A stretch of 64,000 nt of DNA. It comes from Cenococcum geophilum. Taxonomy: Eukaryota. The notes beneath the pieces were generated by a model. The model saw only the letters and a program-made list of their open reading frames with translations. It was not told the DNA's origin and made no database searches. A program made the translations under genes and the position numbers. This document shows, piece by piece, positions 13,696 through 26,900 of this stretch; position 1 is the stretch's first letter; each line of letters opens with the position of its first letter. The stretch covers positions 27,156,001-27,220,000 of the forward strand of contig CP158635.1 of the NCBI GenBank assembly GCA_050273025.1, given 5' to 3'.

Positions 13696-15431
13696 TATTG
13701 CGTATTTCCTAATCTATACGTCTACTGATTAGTGTTAGTATGCTCACTTTATCAACGTGCACGAATATCACTTGTAGTGGTACGTATGCGGTGTTGAAGT
13801 TGGTAGTTAATTGTTTTTAGAAGAAAGGGGTTACTCCGAGGTCAGACCAGTTAGTCTCGCTTCGTAGTCTCGTGACTACGTCACGTGATTAACGTTCCGA
13901 CACTTAATCTTAAGCTTACTTTTTTCTTAAGCTTAGCTCCAGCCTTAGTTTAACTAGGCTTCTATAGTGTTCTTATTTTATCTTAAAAGTCTTAAATTTT
14001 ACTTATTTCGTCTTAAGAGTCTTATACCTTTAAAAAACTTCATTTTAAGCTTATTTATATATAACTAAACTAAGCCGTTACTCTACTCTATCGGTTATTA
14101 TCTATTATAAGTTTTTAAGCTTATCTTGTCCTATCTTAGGAATCCTAAGCGTCTCTTATCTCTTCTTAAGAATCTTAAGCCTGTAGCCTTTTACCTTTAT
14201 TAAGTGCCAAAGTGGTTTATTATCCTACTTCTCTTACGTCTTACGAAGCAATAGATATTATATTTAGTGGGGTCTTAATCCCTACTAATATTCCCTATTT
14301 TATAGTGGAATTATCCTCTACCTCTTTTATAATATCTCTAAGGTCTATATACTTTTAGTAAGCTGCTTTTATTACCTTATTATTACTAAATATTTTGCTA
14401 ATATTAAATTTATTATCCTTAATATCTAATCTATAAATTGGTTTATTAGTTCCTCTAAACTCTAATAATTTTAGCTCCTATGGCTAATAGCTTACGCTAT
14501 ACTTAGCGTCTTTATAAATTTAGTATACGTTATTATAATAAAACGCAAAACTCTTAATTAAACATTCTTTTGTTCCTTATAGTATGCTATTATCCCTCTA
14601 TATATATATATCTTCTACTAATCTTATTCCCTTTACTATATAATAACTCTAACTACTTTTATAGTCTTTAATATAATAACCTTATTTTCCGTAATTTATA
14701 TAAGCCCCTTTTTTAACCCATTTTTCTTACTATAGAGTCCGCCTAAACATCTTCTATTACTAAGATCCCTAGTTTAGTCTCTACTCCTTAGACCTTTAAT
14801 TATTTAATCCTTATCCTCTAGATTTCTATAGTCGTTTATTCCATTTTCTATTTTCTTTAGTACTACTTAGCTCTATTAGCTCTGCGCTATACTATAGTTT
14901 CTAGCTTTAACTTTATTATTGCGTACTTTACGCCTTATATAACTATAGAACTTTATCCTAACCCTTTTTAGTCTGCTCTCTTTAGTAGATCCTATTATTA
15001 ATCTTAATTGCTTAATTAATTAATTCCCTAAGAGTATCCGCATCTTTTATTAGAATAATTATATCCTAGACCTTTACCTTAAGTCCTTATCTATACTGTG
15101 CTATAAGCGCCTTATTATTTTATTTAACTTATATTACTAATATTTAAAACTATATTATATATTTAATTACTAAAGTTCTTTATACTAGGTTTTAAAGTTT
15201 TCTTTTTACTATAGTAGTTGCCTCTAGGTCTCTAAATATTTATATTAGGCATTTCACGAACCCGTTTTAACTTATAAACATATACTATACCTTTTAGTTA
15301 ATAGTTATTATGCCGTATTTCTATACCTCCATAAGATAAGGCTTAAACCACTTAAGTGCCCTCCCTATTAAGAATAATCCTATATAAGTAACTTAATCTA
15401 TAAGCGTTCCTAGCTTTACTCCTTATATAAC

Positions 15432-18400
15432 TGTTTATATTAACTTAATAATATAAGTGAGTTATATCCCGGGGCACGAAATACGTATAGTATCGTATGC
15501 TCTTTGGGATGGTAGTGACTGTCGATTCTATTGAGGTAGACTATGTGGTCTATATACTGACGCGTCTCCCCCTAATTAGTTAGCACCTAAGTGGTTGGTG
15601 CACTAAACGCGTAACCACGCGTTTGGTGTACCACGTGCTATAATTATACACTGGCGGTACTTGGAAATGACTTAATTATATCTAACCTCCGTAATTGCTT
15701 TAATGGAGCCGTAAAACACAAAAGAAATATATAGGAAATCCCTCCTAAGGTGCCTTCTGGGCTGCCTTCCAAACGGTGCTCTAAGCTGGTCGTAAGTCCT
15801 ACTTACAGTCCGTAAAGTAGACCGTACGGCCTTCCAACGGGCCGTAAATGAACCGTAAGTGCTCCGTTAGTCTCGTTCCACCCATTTTGTAACCCTTAGG
15901 TTGAGCTTATTTGTGTTAATTAGGGTTTTAAGAGCTTGGTACAGCTTTGCCTTAGTTATAGCGTCTGCTAGGTTGTCTTCGGTGCTGATCTATTTGACCT
16001 CCGTAATCTTACGTTGTTCGTAGGCCTGATGTAAGCATATTAGGTCGACTATAAGCCTCTTCTCCTGTGTTGTACCTAGTTTGACTAGGCAGTTGTAGAG
16101 GGACTTTAAATTGGTGTATAAAACTAGGGGTAGCTGCTCCAATTATAGGATCTTCTAGATTGTTGATTTGATTGCGGCTGCTATATTAAAGCCATGGGCT
16201 AGTGTATATAGTTTAGAAGCTAGTACGCTGCGGGTTACTTATTTGCATTTAATTAAAGACCAATATAGTATATTTGCGTCCTAATTACGGTCCGTAAGTA
16301 TAATTATAAAGCCGATTTGCGATAATAGGTCCCTATTATTGGCAAAGGAGGCGTCCGTAAATACTATTACGCTAAGGAAATTTAGGTTTAGTGGTATAAA
16401 AGTAAGTCCTCTTGTTGCATTGTTAATTTGCCACTAAATACGCTTATTTAGCTGCTTAATATCTTCCTCTTGTGGATCTATTACCTAGGCTGTAAAGGAT
16501 AAGTCATAGGCAGATTTGGGTTGACAGACTATGGCAATATAGGCGCCTCTTATACGCTGTGCGACGTATTAGTCCTTTATATTTACAGTCTTACGGGTCT
16601 CTCCGCGGGAACTAGTAAGGTCCGTAGGCTTTGCTATAACAAGCCTTAGGTTTTAAGTTTGGCGTTTCTAAGTCAACTAGATTAGGTTGCCCTTTTATAT
16701 AATTAAGCCTCTATTAAACTTAACTGGGGTCTACTTAGTTAACTGCTCTTGCGGCTTTACTAGGAACTTAGCCTTTTATAATTTATTCTCTTTAGCGTCC
16801 GTAAAAGTCCGGTCCGCTATAAAGAGGGTATTGTCTATTTAGAGTCTAATAATATTAAGGCCGTTTGATAGTGTATATAGAAGGCAGGGGTTGTAGGTTG
16901 ACTGTTCCGTTTTAAGTTTACGGATGTAATGCTGGTGGTACGTCTTGAACCAGTGGTTTCTAGCTTCTGGCACTCTATAAAGGGGTTTTATAACCCGTAA
17001 AATTGTTCCTAGTTATAAGTTAAGCTTAAGGGGTGGTCGTATAAAGATGTCCCTACTTAGGTAGGTATTGGATTGTACGTAGGCTTATAAGATATCCCGT
17101 AAATAGAGGGCTATGGGCTTAGTTTACTATAGTCCAGGCGTAAGTATAAGTATAATCCGTTAACTGACTCGTTAAATTATGGGCGATTGCATAAGGACTA
17201 AGTCCTTTCCCTAGTTGTTATAGGCTTATATAATGAGCCTTGACTTCTTAAAGGCTTTATTAGTATTAGGGTGCTTAATCTTGTTAATGAAGCGTGAGTT
17301 AAATATACGGACGCCTTACGGAACGTCTTTCTCCGTTATGACTGTAAAGACGCCCTTTTTAAGTAGTCCGTTGATCTCTTTGCGTTGTGAGTCCGTAAAA
17401 GGGGTTTCCTATACCAGAACTAATATATTTATAGGCGGAGATTGCTTTGCGGATATGCCTGCGGAGGTTAGGTGGTTTTTTGTTATAGGGTTCTCCGTTA
17501 TAGGGTGCTTTTAGGGGCGTCCTTGGCCACGCTTTATGGTAGGTTTAGTAGGTTTATAGGGGACTTCTAGAGTAGGTAGGGGTGTTTCTAGTTCGTTTGG
17601 TTTGGCGGGTGCTTTTAGTTTATCTAGTTTAACAGCATAGGTATTTTTGGACCGAAAATAGGGTTTTACGGATATGCTTCTGAAGTTAGTTGGTCCGCTA
17701 GGGAGTTGTATATAATACGTTTTGTCTTCTATAGCCAGTAAACGGTAAGGTTTAGTCCAATTGCCGCTCTTACGCCATATAAGGACTTTAGAATTGAGCG
17801 GGAGGTTATAAACTAAAGTCGTGTTAGGTCCGTTGCGGTGATATAAAGCGCTGTTAACGGCTTGTTTAGCCCGTAATTTGACTATTTCGGCTATTGCCTT
17901 CCGTATTGCAGCTGCTTATTCTATAATAGACGGGGTAGTAGGGCCTAGGTTGCTTATCCTTAGGTAGGCTCTGTAAACTAAGAGGGTGGGTACTAGTCTG
18001 TTAGGGCTAGCGGTGTCATTAACGGCTTTTACGGCTATCTGTAAAGCCAGTTCCTTTTAGATGTCCTTATACTTATTTATAATAATCTGGTAAGCTCTCT
18101 ATAGGGCTAGGTAAGCTTACTTAATAAGCCTAATAGACTAGTGCGCCTTAACTAGAACGGCTTTTGTTAAAATAGCCATGGCTATAGTATACTATTGGAA
18201 TTCCTTGCTAATAAAGTTCTTACTAGCGTTGTAGGTAATATACTTAGGAGGTCTAAGGTATGTATTAATCTAATAGGTCCGTAAAATGTCCTAAGTATGT
18301 TTTGTGGATATATTTTGCAACTAACAGGCGGCTTAATAGCAGGTTGCCTCGTTAATTATATATAATACTAGACTGCTGTTAATATATATAATGTCTACGT

Positions 18401-21400
18401 ATACTAAGTGGTTGAAGTTAAGGTCCTTATAAAGGGTGAACTTAAATCTGCTTGAGGAACGTCCGTATTTCTAGTAAAAAGAGCAGTATTTAGTTAGGTG
18501 GTTAATTGCCTTCCTATTAACGTTGTTATATCTAGAGTGTTTAAGGACTCTATATAGCTTTTCGGCTGATAGGTAGCTAAAGCGGCGGTATAGTTAGTGG
18601 ATTTTAGTACTAGTAAGGTAGCATGGGTTATAGTTAAAAGATTCCTAAATATAGGTCCGTAAAGTCTCTCCCTATATAAGGAACGGGTGTCTAAATTGTT
18701 ATATAATTGGTAGGGTAATATGCTTGCTTCCTGGGGCAGTTATGGGGCTAATTACGGTGTCCGTAATATTATTGTAGTAAACTTGTAACCTATCTATGTC
18801 CGCAAGATAGAGTAGAAAAGGGGTGTCCGCTTTTACTACGTGGAAGTTAATTAGGCTAATTGGGGTCTTAACTGCCACTGATCTAATTGATATGGTTGAG
18901 CTGATGCCAAATTAGACGTTTACGGCCCTAGTTTATATAGTATTAATATCTGTATTGTCATTTGTGGTGGTCTTATATATAAGGTATTGTCCGTAACCTA
19001 CAGTAGATTTCTTAAAGGCACCTGTATTAATTATAACGCCGTAGAATTCTTTGGGGGTGTAGCGTTTAGTGGTGATATATGTAAATGGGTTCTGTTTATG
19101 GTTTGTGACGTCTATAATGGGTCTAACGGGTATATTTATGGGCTGGTTTTTGGGTGTAATTAAGTGTACGAAGGAGCGGTTAGCTAATACGGTTATAATA
19201 TTAAAGGCTTAGCTGTCCGTAAAAGGTCCGAAAGTAGTTAGGAACGTCTCTAAGGTCTTCTGTTCCTAAGTATCTAAGTTAAAGTTAATTATAAGGGCTT
19301 CTATTGACTTATTAGGAGGCTTTTTTACTTCCTCTTCTTCGTATTTTAAAATGAACTGGTTAATATAGTTATTAAGTCTCTTTTTAGACTTAGTACGTTC
19401 TTCCTAGGTATGCCTTGTAGACTAATATCCTTCCTTACCGTATATAAAGCACTTTTGGCTAGTTTGTTTACGGGGGTATGCTTTTATACGGGAGTTGCTA
19501 TAGGGGTTATAGGTAGGACCTAGTTGATGCGGGTGCTGCTGGCGGTAGCGGCGGTCTATAAAGTAGGCGTCTAAGTTAGTTTGCGGGTTTTGCAGGTCTG
19601 TAATGAAGGCTTAGGTACTATCTGGCGGGTTTAAGACTTTGTACGTTATAATGGAGGACCGTAAATCGTTAATAAGACCAGCTATGGTGTCTACGGGCTT
19701 ATAGTAGGCGTATTTATAGGGTTTTACTTTTTAGTAAGCTGTAATAAGCTTATTATATAGGAAGTCATCCGTTTAAAGCTTAATGTTAAGGCCGTGCTAT
19801 AGGTGCTGGAGGTCTTTAATAAGAATTTGCAGGCACTCTATAGTCGACTTTTCGGTATTCTTATTAATTACGGTCCGTAACTTAATCGCATTCCATTGGG
19901 TAAGGATATTACGCCTATATTCTAGCCCTTTAAAGTAGTTACGTGTAGCTTTGTATAGCTTATTAAAGGAGACACTAAGGGGGTTGCTTTTAAGGTTGGT
20001 ATAGTAGTGGTTAAGGGCTAGGCCGCGTAGTATAGTGGAATAGGCTTGGCTGAATTCCTATTTAGGAATATTAGCCTTCTGATAGAGGTCCGTAAAGATA
20101 GTGAGTTTAAAGTTAAAGTTATTGTTTTTACTGCTATACTTGGATTTGTTAGTATAGAGCTTAGCTAAGTTAGCTAGTTCCTTGCCGTAGGTTTTTACTT
20201 AAGTGGGTTGCGGATCTATGACTTAGGCGGTTTATAGATTTGTAGCTTGGGCGACGGGAGGGTTTTAGTCCGTATTTTGGTTTACGGGGGTATTACGGTC
20301 CGTAATTTGGGTTATGGGGGTATTGCGGTCCGTAACTTAAGTACTAGGTATGCTTTAGCCCGTAAGATTAATTCCAAAATTGCTTAGGTTTATAGGATAA
20401 ATTTGGTTAAGTAGGTTAGGTATAAGGCTAGTAATGCTATTAAGTTTGGGAGAAGCAAAGAGTTTATTAGTGACTTTGACCTAGTCTAGGATTTCCTCTT
20501 TAGTCTATTCTGTTTGGTCCTCCTTCTATATTATGTTATATAAGGACCATATAATAGTAACTTATTTATCCTTTTTAACCTATACACCTTAGTGACGTAA
20601 AAGGGTTTGTAGGTTACGGATAGCAGTAGGGTTATAAGTCTTAAGAATATCTTCCGTAAAGTCCGCAAAGTCTTCTTTATATTGCTCCTATAGGTCGTTA
20701 TTTATAAGCTTAAAATATCTATATTTAAGGATTTTGTACTTAATATAGTTATTAACGTTAGCTATAGACGTAAGGTTGACTCCTTGTCTCTATTTCTCTT
20801 GACCTTTATTAATCTGCTTACTTATGTCTGCCATACTATGTAGTATAGTATGTAGCGGGTAGTAGTAGCTTATAACGGGTGGGGGAGGTCTTATAACGGT
20901 CCGTAAAATTAATTAAAGGGTCCGTAATAGTTTAAGAGGTCTTATAATGGTCCGTAACGGCGATTAATAGGTCCGTAATGGTTTGTAGGGGGGTAGGGGG
21001 TTTCCGTAAAAGGTCCGAAAGGGTTTAAGGTTTAAGGGGTTAAGGATAGGGGGTTCTGTAAGGGTCTGTATTTACGTCTATAAACTTCCAGTAAACCGTA
21101 CTAAGACTTAAATAAGTATATAGAGTTGGTGATAGTTCCGTAATCCCCGGCTTCTAACCTTCTAGTAGGTTGTACTAGGAGTCTAAACAGGTGGTTGCTG
21201 TTATGTATCGCTCGGGGGGAGGTGTTAAGTGATTGCTGATCTGTGCGCGCTTACTAATTAGTATTTATATTAACTTAATAATATAAGTAAGTTATATCCC
21301 GGGGCACGAAATACGTATAGTATCGTATGCTCTTTAGGATGGTGGTAACTGTTGATTCTATTAAGGTAGACTATATAGTCTATATACTAACGCGCCTCCC

Positions 21401-21480
21401 CCTAATTAGTTAGCACCTAAGTGGTTGGTGCACCAAACGCGTAACTACGCGTTTGGTGTACCATGTGCTGTAATTATACA
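15432..21480 (-). mobile_element. Full-length Ty1/Copia LTR retrotransposon C (GalEa-like), RIP'd
   Basis: 219-bp LTRs 15432-15650 and 21262-21480, TSD ATAAC; FTDASFANN (~16335-16362), KPLYRVPEARNHWF (~16945-16990), QTDD-type RT box ~16830. Confidence 0.93.
15930..20835 (-). pseudogene. Copia C gag-pol polyprotein remnant
   Basis: Same domain order and motifs as B; RIP stops throughout. Confidence 0.85.
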
Positions 21481-21793
21481 ATAACCTTAAAGTGTATTTA
21501 CGTAAGAAATCCCTTAAGTTTTAACTTCTTCCCTAAGAATCGCTTAATTAAGGGTAACTTAACCTTAGCTGCTCTAATTCTATTAATCCTTTCTTTAAAT
21601 ATTCTATTATTATCTATTAATTAATTAACTATTTCCTATAGCTATCTAACGGTAACTAGTTAAGAGTTAGTATTTATTATACTAGTGTCGTTACCTAATC
21701 CCAATATAGTTGCTGCCGTTAACGGCGTTATAGCGGCTGCTTTTAGTAGTATATTATTCGACTTTATTAATACTATAACCTTAGTAGTAAATA

Positions 21794-22213
21794 TATAATA
21801 AAGCCTTATAGGAAATACTATAGTAGACTTATTAATAGGCTAGGTATAGAGGTAAATAAAAAGTTAATAATGTAATAATAACTAGTGAAGTGGTTACCTA
21901 ATAGATTAACTCTAATTATATTCTAAGATTTACTATAAAAAAGAGAAACTATCTATAGAGACCACATGTCCTTAAATATATAACTCCTCCCTATAGTAAA
22001 GGGTTTAGTACGTTAGTATATTAGTACGTTAGTACGTTACGTCCCTACGTTCCTACGTTCCTACGTTCCAAACTTATAACGTAACTGGCTATATAACTCG
22101 GCTACCCCTTATCCTATAGCTCGATCGGTTCTAGCGCCTCCCGTACTATCTTAACTAACCCGTTTATATCCACTCTTAGTAGTCGCACTACTGCTAATAT
22201 AAGGTCTGTAATA
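21794..22213 (-). repeat. 5' LTR of Gypsy A (420 bp)
   Basis: Matches 602-1013 with one extra TTAGTACG-type 8-mer; followed by TSD TATAC. Confidence 0.92.
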
Positions 22214-22732
22214 TATACGTTAGTAGTAAATCCCTTAAATAATCTAGCTTATCTATTACCTTTAACTAATCCCTTTATTTTTAGCTCCTTAATATTACCT
22301 AACCTGGTTTCTTTTAATACTTCTATATATTTCTTATAGCGTTTTTTAGGTTCTATAGTAGTTTTTAGGTAATCTTATTATAGCCTATCTACTTTACTTT
22401 ATACTATATTTTGTTATTAATGTCCTTATAACTAATAACCTTTAAAACTTACTATTTGTTTTCTTCTTATCCTTTATACGTATCTACTTTATAAACTAGT
22501 AGCTTAATATCTTTATATACTAATTCTAGCATCGCAATATGCTATATAGGGTTATTTTTTATTTTTGCTAGTAAGTTAAGTCTATATATAATTTCTAAAA
22601 TCTTAGCTATAATTTTAAATAGTCCTAGTCTAATATAGTCTAACTTCTTACTTAGTTATTAACTTTTAAAATTTTTATATAGTAGCTATACTTTATCCCC
22701 CTCCTTTAGATCTAGTCCCTTAGATTTATTCG
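22214..22732 (-). mobile_element. Continuation of Gypsy remnant A0 (chromodomain and integrase C-terminus), truncated
   Basis: Colinear with ~1655-2170; GLDLKEGDKV at the end of track ORF 22686-22979; homology stops ~22732. Confidence 0.85.
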
Positions 22733-23224
22733 CATTATCTAAAACCACATTAATAATACATATAGAACAGACCGACAGTTTTTCTTTAATATACTCTTTT
22801 CTTTTCTTTTTACTAATTGATTTTCTGTTTATCAGAAGAAAAAATTTAGGCTTGTTGTTGCGGTTTGCGGCAATTTGCTGCAAACTATGCAGACTATATA
22901 GTTTACACAGTCGTATATGGTTAATAGCGTTTCGCGTAAACCGCGCATTTTGCAACAAATTTGCACCACTTAATAGCAAAACGTAGTAAAATGCGCCTTA
23001 TAAATACAAATTGTAAAAACTATATAAATTATAAAAACTATATAAATGGTAACTATATAAATTATAATTATATAATAACCAAATTATTATATATTCCTAT
23101 GGATTGCTATAATATACTTTTAAATATATTTATATTATAACTATATAAAATGTAAAGCTACCTGCTTAGGCGTTAAGGGGGAAGCCTCTCGCAGAGGCTT
23201 TAAATCGTTAATTGGCCTAGTGCT

Positions 23225-23505
23225 TGCCTACCTACCTATCTATCCATCTATCTGTTTATCCATCCGTCCGTCTATCTATCTATCTATTTATCTATTTATC
23301 CGTCTATCTATTTATCCGTCTATCTATTTATCCGTCTATCTATTTATCCGTCTATCTATTTATCCATCTATCTATTTATCCGTCTATTTATTTATCTGTT
23401 TATACCTACCTATCTATACCTACCTATTTATACCTACCTATTTATACCTACCTATTTATACCTATTTGTTTATACCTACCTATCTATACCTACCTATTTA
23501 TATTA
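23225..23505. repeat. Degenerate microsatellites (CTAT/CCGT/CCTA) inside D
   Basis: Directly visible; source of spurious ORFs 23220 and 23224. Confidence 0.95.
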
Positions 23506-23574
23506 CCTTAATTTAATTAATTAATTAAATCGTTTATAGTATTCGCTAGCTAGTTATTTAAACGGTTATTATAT

Positions 23575-23975
23575 AGCTTTAGCGACCGCTATATGGCTCT
23601 AATAACGGTCGTCTAGCTCTAGCGATGGTCGTTTAACTCTAATAACGGTTATCTAGCTCTAGCGACAGCTGTTTAGCTCTAGCGACAGTCGTCTAGCTCT
23701 AACGACGGTTGTCTAGCTCTAGCGACAGTCGTCTAGCTCTAACGACGGTTGTCTAGCTCTAGCGACAGTCGTCTAGCTCTAACGACGGTTGTTTAGCTCT
23801 AACGACGGTTGTCTAGCTCTAACGATGGTTGTCTAGCTTTAACGACAGTTGTCTAGCTCTAACGGCGGTTGTCTAGCTCCAGTAATGGTCGTCTAGCTCC
23901 GGCGACGGTCGTCTAGCTCTAGCAACGGTTGTCTAGCTTTAGCAACGATCGTCTAGTTTTAGCAACGGTTATCTG
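23575..23975. repeat. 20-bp tandem array (~20 units, GTCTAGCTCTARCGACRGTY) inside D
   Basis: Period 20 visible; reverse complement of the CCAGACGACCGTCGCCAGAR units in element E. Confidence 0.95.
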
Positions 23976-26900
23976 CTAGCTGTCATTCTAGTATCTCCCT
24001 AGATAGGGAGGATATAAAAAAGAAAGGGTAAAAAATAAGGTGGCTACCTAGGTGTATATAGGGAGTATACTTAGCAAAGGTATATATAGAGGCTATTAGG
24101 AATATAGCGGGGACCTAATAGTAATATATCGCGTGTATATATAAAGGCTTTATATAGAGCTTTAGTAGAGCCTCTATACGTAGAGCTTTGCGTAAAGCCT
24201 TATATAGAGCTTTATATAGAGCTTTATATAGAGCTTTATAGTGTTAAATAATCTATATTCTCTAGTAGCGTGGTCCGTGCATAAAGACACGTCACTAAAG
24301 ACACGTTAGATTAAGGTTAAAAAGACACAATTAAGACGATCCTAAAGATTAATTAATAAACCCATTTTTTATTAATAAATAGCTTAATACGAGTTTCGTG
24401 ACAGTTATAAGCCTAGTCCGCCAACTTAAGAAGCTATTTAGCTATTACTTAATTATTTAAAGAAATTCTACCTCATCGTCAGACTCTAACACCTTATCGT
24501 TAAGGACGCAGACCCTAACAGAAATCCTACCTTAATCGTCATAAGACGAGATTCTATAAGGTTCCACCTTAATCGTTATAAGGACAATCCTGACGATAAG
24601 GACGATCCTAATAACTAGGACGATCCTAATAACTAAAACAATCCTAATAATAAAATACCATCTTAATTCCTCCTTTACCTATCAGTTAAATGACTCCACT
24701 AATATTAAGTTTGTTAACTATAATCATCCTTAATAAGCTAGAAGACTGGGAGTAATAGATCTAGCAACTATAAGCCCTTATGGACAAATAAATTTGGGCC
24801 TACGTTAACCTAAATAATGCAGTACCTTAATAAGCTTTACTACAAGAACTAGCTTATCTAGAAGTTATAGAGTATAATAAGAATGTAACCTTATATACAT
24901 AGCTCTTGATAAATTAATAGAGAGCGTACGAGAATAGCAGACGATACTATAACTAGAATATAAAGTACTTCCTAAAATAGGAAGAGTATTTGTAACAGAT
25001 ACGCACCTAGATTACGTCCACAGTATTAATTTAGAAGAAGCTACTGCTTAACCCTTCCCTTATAGTTAAAGAATGGCTAATTCAATTAAAAGAAGACACT
25101 AAGCCCTTAAAGAACTTTATAATGAGGAAGGTACAGCTATAATATATAGATTCGCTTAAGGGTCTTAAGCAGGCAAAAATCACCTAATGGCTTGACCGAT
25201 GGGAGCATGCGATAAAGATGGCTAAAAAGCACGATCTTTTATAAATGACTAATGGGATCTAGCTAATGGACCTTGCGAATGCAATACAACCTATAAGCGA
25301 AACCTATTTTGTTCTATACACAAAATAGGCAAATAATACTAAAAAGGCTTACTTATTAGGATACCGCAAAGTAGTAATAGAGCTACAAGAAGCATTCTAA
25401 AACCTTTCCAAAGCCGTACCTACGACGGTAAGAGGGAGTGTATTTAACGTAGACTTTGTAGGAGAATCTAAAGAGGATACCTCCGCTACTAAAGGTCTAA
25501 AAGGGAAAGGGAATAGCTTACCTTATAGCTGAAAAAGGGCAGGGACAAATTTGATTAAAGAAGAGATGTCTTTTTCTAAAAGGTTAAAGAACCTTAAATG
25601 CCTAGCATGCGATATAAGGGGGTATACCCTTCCTGACTGTTGGTACCTATTTAAGTGTAAGAGGCCTAAGGGATTTAAAGCCGTAGGTATATGTATAAAA
25701 AGGGTGCTTATAAAGGTAAAGTAAGATAAGGATCTAGCTGCCTAAGTGGAATAACTTAAGCTTAAGAAAATAAATGCCGATAAAGCTTAATAACGATAGG
25801 ACGAGAGTTAGGAAGTTAAGATTAAGGGAGAAGCTAATGCGATATTCCTAGAATCGTATTACACCGGTTAACTCCATCTACTAAAGCTATTAACTATTCT
25901 TGACTTAGGAACTACTCTTTATATCTTTAATAACCTCTCTCGTTTCTATAACTTTAGGAAAGCTCTAAAACACAAATATGTTATTGCCGGCAGCTTAGAA
26001 GTGCCTATACTAGGCTACGGTGATATTACTATCTAAGTTACAAAACCAGACAAGAGTAAGGAAATCCTACGTCTTAAGGACGTTGCTTTCTATACGGACT
26101 TTAATATAAATCTAGTGTTATTCTATCTACTTCGAAAATAAGGGTACTACTAGGATAATAAAGGAGACAATAATCTTCTTATTTAAAAGGACGACACAAT
26201 CCTATATTAAATAGAAGAACGTTACGGACAATAGACTATTAAATACGTTAAATTAGGAAGCTTAAAATCCGTATTTAATATTAGCCGTCTAACGCGCCGT
26301 CAACAGAAGCGGATATCGTTAAGAGACGTCCGTCTAGATTTGAAAGGTAATACAAGACTATAATATCTGCGTCTAGGTCATCTAGGACCTATAAGCCTTT
26401 ATTATCTAGGTCTTAACGCCCTAGGAGTTAAGCTTTAAGGCCTAAAGACAACGGAATGTTAATATTATAGTCTCGCTAAAATTAAGCGTTAGGTCTTAAG
26501 AAGGTTCTTAAAACGGAAAATTAATAAACCCTATCTTAACCTCTATATTAACTAAACTAACCTTAAGGAAGCGTATACAGGATTTGTACAAGTTATACTT
26601 ATTTACAACACCTTCTTAGGGAGATCCTTCCTATATTTTATAACGACGCATAGTAAGGAAAAGGAGACACTACGAGTGCTTAAAGATTTTATTTAATGGA
26701 TTCGTCTAAGGTATAACCTTAAAGTTAATACCATTAGGTTAGATAATAAGCTAGGGAGAAGGAGAACCTTTAAATAGCTACGGACGTAAGGGATTATATT
26801 TAACCCTTTGGCGCTATATACCTAAGCATAAAACGGTACCGCCGAACGCTTAGGGGGTGTAATTATTAAGAGAGCACGTGCAATAAGAATTGCTGCTAAT

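Larger units (their letters stand above)
7612..13902 (-). mobile_element. Full-length Ty1/Copia LTR retrotransposon B (GalEa-like), RIP'd
   Basis: 170-bp LTRs 7612-7781 and 13733-13902 (TGTCGG..CCGACA), TSD CTTAA; minus-strand gag-PR-IN-RT-RH order; RT box GIVGL*TNN (QTDD), RNase H FTDASFANN. Confidence 0.93.
602..22213 (-). mobile_element. Full-length Ty3/Gypsy chromovirus LTR retrotransposon A (RIP-inactivated, four nested insertions)
   Basis: Direct LTRs 602-1013 and 21794-22213, 5-bp TSD TATAC, polypurine tract next to 1013, gag/pol remnants colinear with uninterrupted copy L. Confidence 0.93.

Noticed and set aside
23220..23516. Hydrophobic ORFs YLSI/PTYL
   Set aside because: Microsatellite translations.
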